Below are positions 63,277-64,000 of a stretch of 64,000 bases of DNA, one piece after another. The stretch's first letter is position 1, and each line of letters begins with the position of its first letter. The translations under genes and the position numbers were made by a program. This stretch comes from Mytilus edulis. Taxonomy: Eukaryota. The stretch lies in contig NC_092344.1 in the NCBI RefSeq assembly GCF_963676685.1, positions 125,054,001-125,118,000 of the forward strand. Direction: 5' to 3'. The notes below the pieces were generated by a model. That model was not told the origin of the DNA. It was given only the letters and a program-made list of their open reading frames with translations, and did no database searches.

Positions 63277-64000
63277 CTAAAAAAAAAGAAGGTCTTTATT
63301 AAAAACAAAAAAAGAAGATGTGTTAGGATTGCAGATGAGACAACTTTCCACAAGAGACCAAAATGACACAGAAATTAACAACTTCAGGTTACCATACTGC
63401 CTTCAACAATGAGTAAAGATTATCATGTCTAAAAATTTGACATACAAGTAATATAATTTTCATATTTTGAAAATAAATCTAATGTTTTATTTAATTTAAC
63501 ATTAATATTGGTATTTCACACAAAGATAGCTTTCCATTGACTTAGTTAACAATTTTGGCATCAACTGTTCTTTTTGTGAGTGTGTTTCTTTTTTTTCTGG
63601 GGCTGGGGGGGGGGGGGGGTTAAAATTTGCCAGATTCTAGTTTTCCGGAGAGAAAATCATCTTTAATCGATAGGGGTCGTAAAATAAAACCAGTTTGTTT
63701 CCACTAAGAATTGGGACAAACACAAATTTGACACTTTGTTTTCCAAAAAAAAATATTGTTACTGTATGCTAAAATTAAATAATTGTTCCCAAAAGTTTTT
63801 TAAAAATAAATTACTTGTTCTTCAAAAAAATAACCATACTCACTATTTCCCCTCTCTAAAAATGATTGTTTCCTTATTAAACTAATGTTTTATATTAGTT
63901 ACTGTTTCATGTTTAATTTCATTATTTTATGTATGAATAAGTGTATAAAAAAGTAAATTAAACATATACATAAAGATATAATTAACAGCTTTTATAAATA

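Larger units (their letters stand above)
57250..64000. mobile_element. AcademH-like DNA transposon (helicase and transposase, convergent); termini not identified
   Basis: A RecQ-related helicase paired with an Academ transposase defines the AcademH lineage. The TIRs and TSD could not be located within the window, so the boundaries are approximate. Confidence 0.75.

Overview
This is AT-rich, intron-rich eukaryotic DNA. The repeat landscape suggests a bivalve mollusc such as Mytilus, which is an inference. Four genes can be reconstructed by hand. (1) A complete 24-coding-exon SMC2 (condensin core ATPase) on the minus strand, 56523 to 20893. (2) A small 3-exon secreted DUF4787-like gene on the plus strand, 7650-11284. 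(3, 4) A tail-to-tail pair of a RecQ-like helicase (+, 57331-59413) and a DUF6589/Academ-type DDE transposase (-, 59432 to >63276), which matches AcademH transposon architecture and sits head-to-head with SMC2. The rest is LINE/Penelope fragments, tRNA-SINEs, many MITEs with readable TIRs and TSDs, Helentron-like tandem-core elements and satellites. Four observations stand out. (a) SMC2 has two tandem, splice-competent copies of its last exon that differ almost only at synonymous sites, and only one carries a basic NLS-like tail. (b) About 10 of the 23 SMC2 exons before the last have an exon/intron junction amplified into an intronic tandem array (2 to about 40 copies), creating about 100 decoy splice sites. 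(c) A minimal type-I hammerhead ribozyme lies in sense orientation in SMC2 intron 13, inside a ~360-bp insertion with a 19-bp TSD. (d) The AcademH-like pair has intact reading frames and starts about 0.8 kb from the SMC2 ATG.
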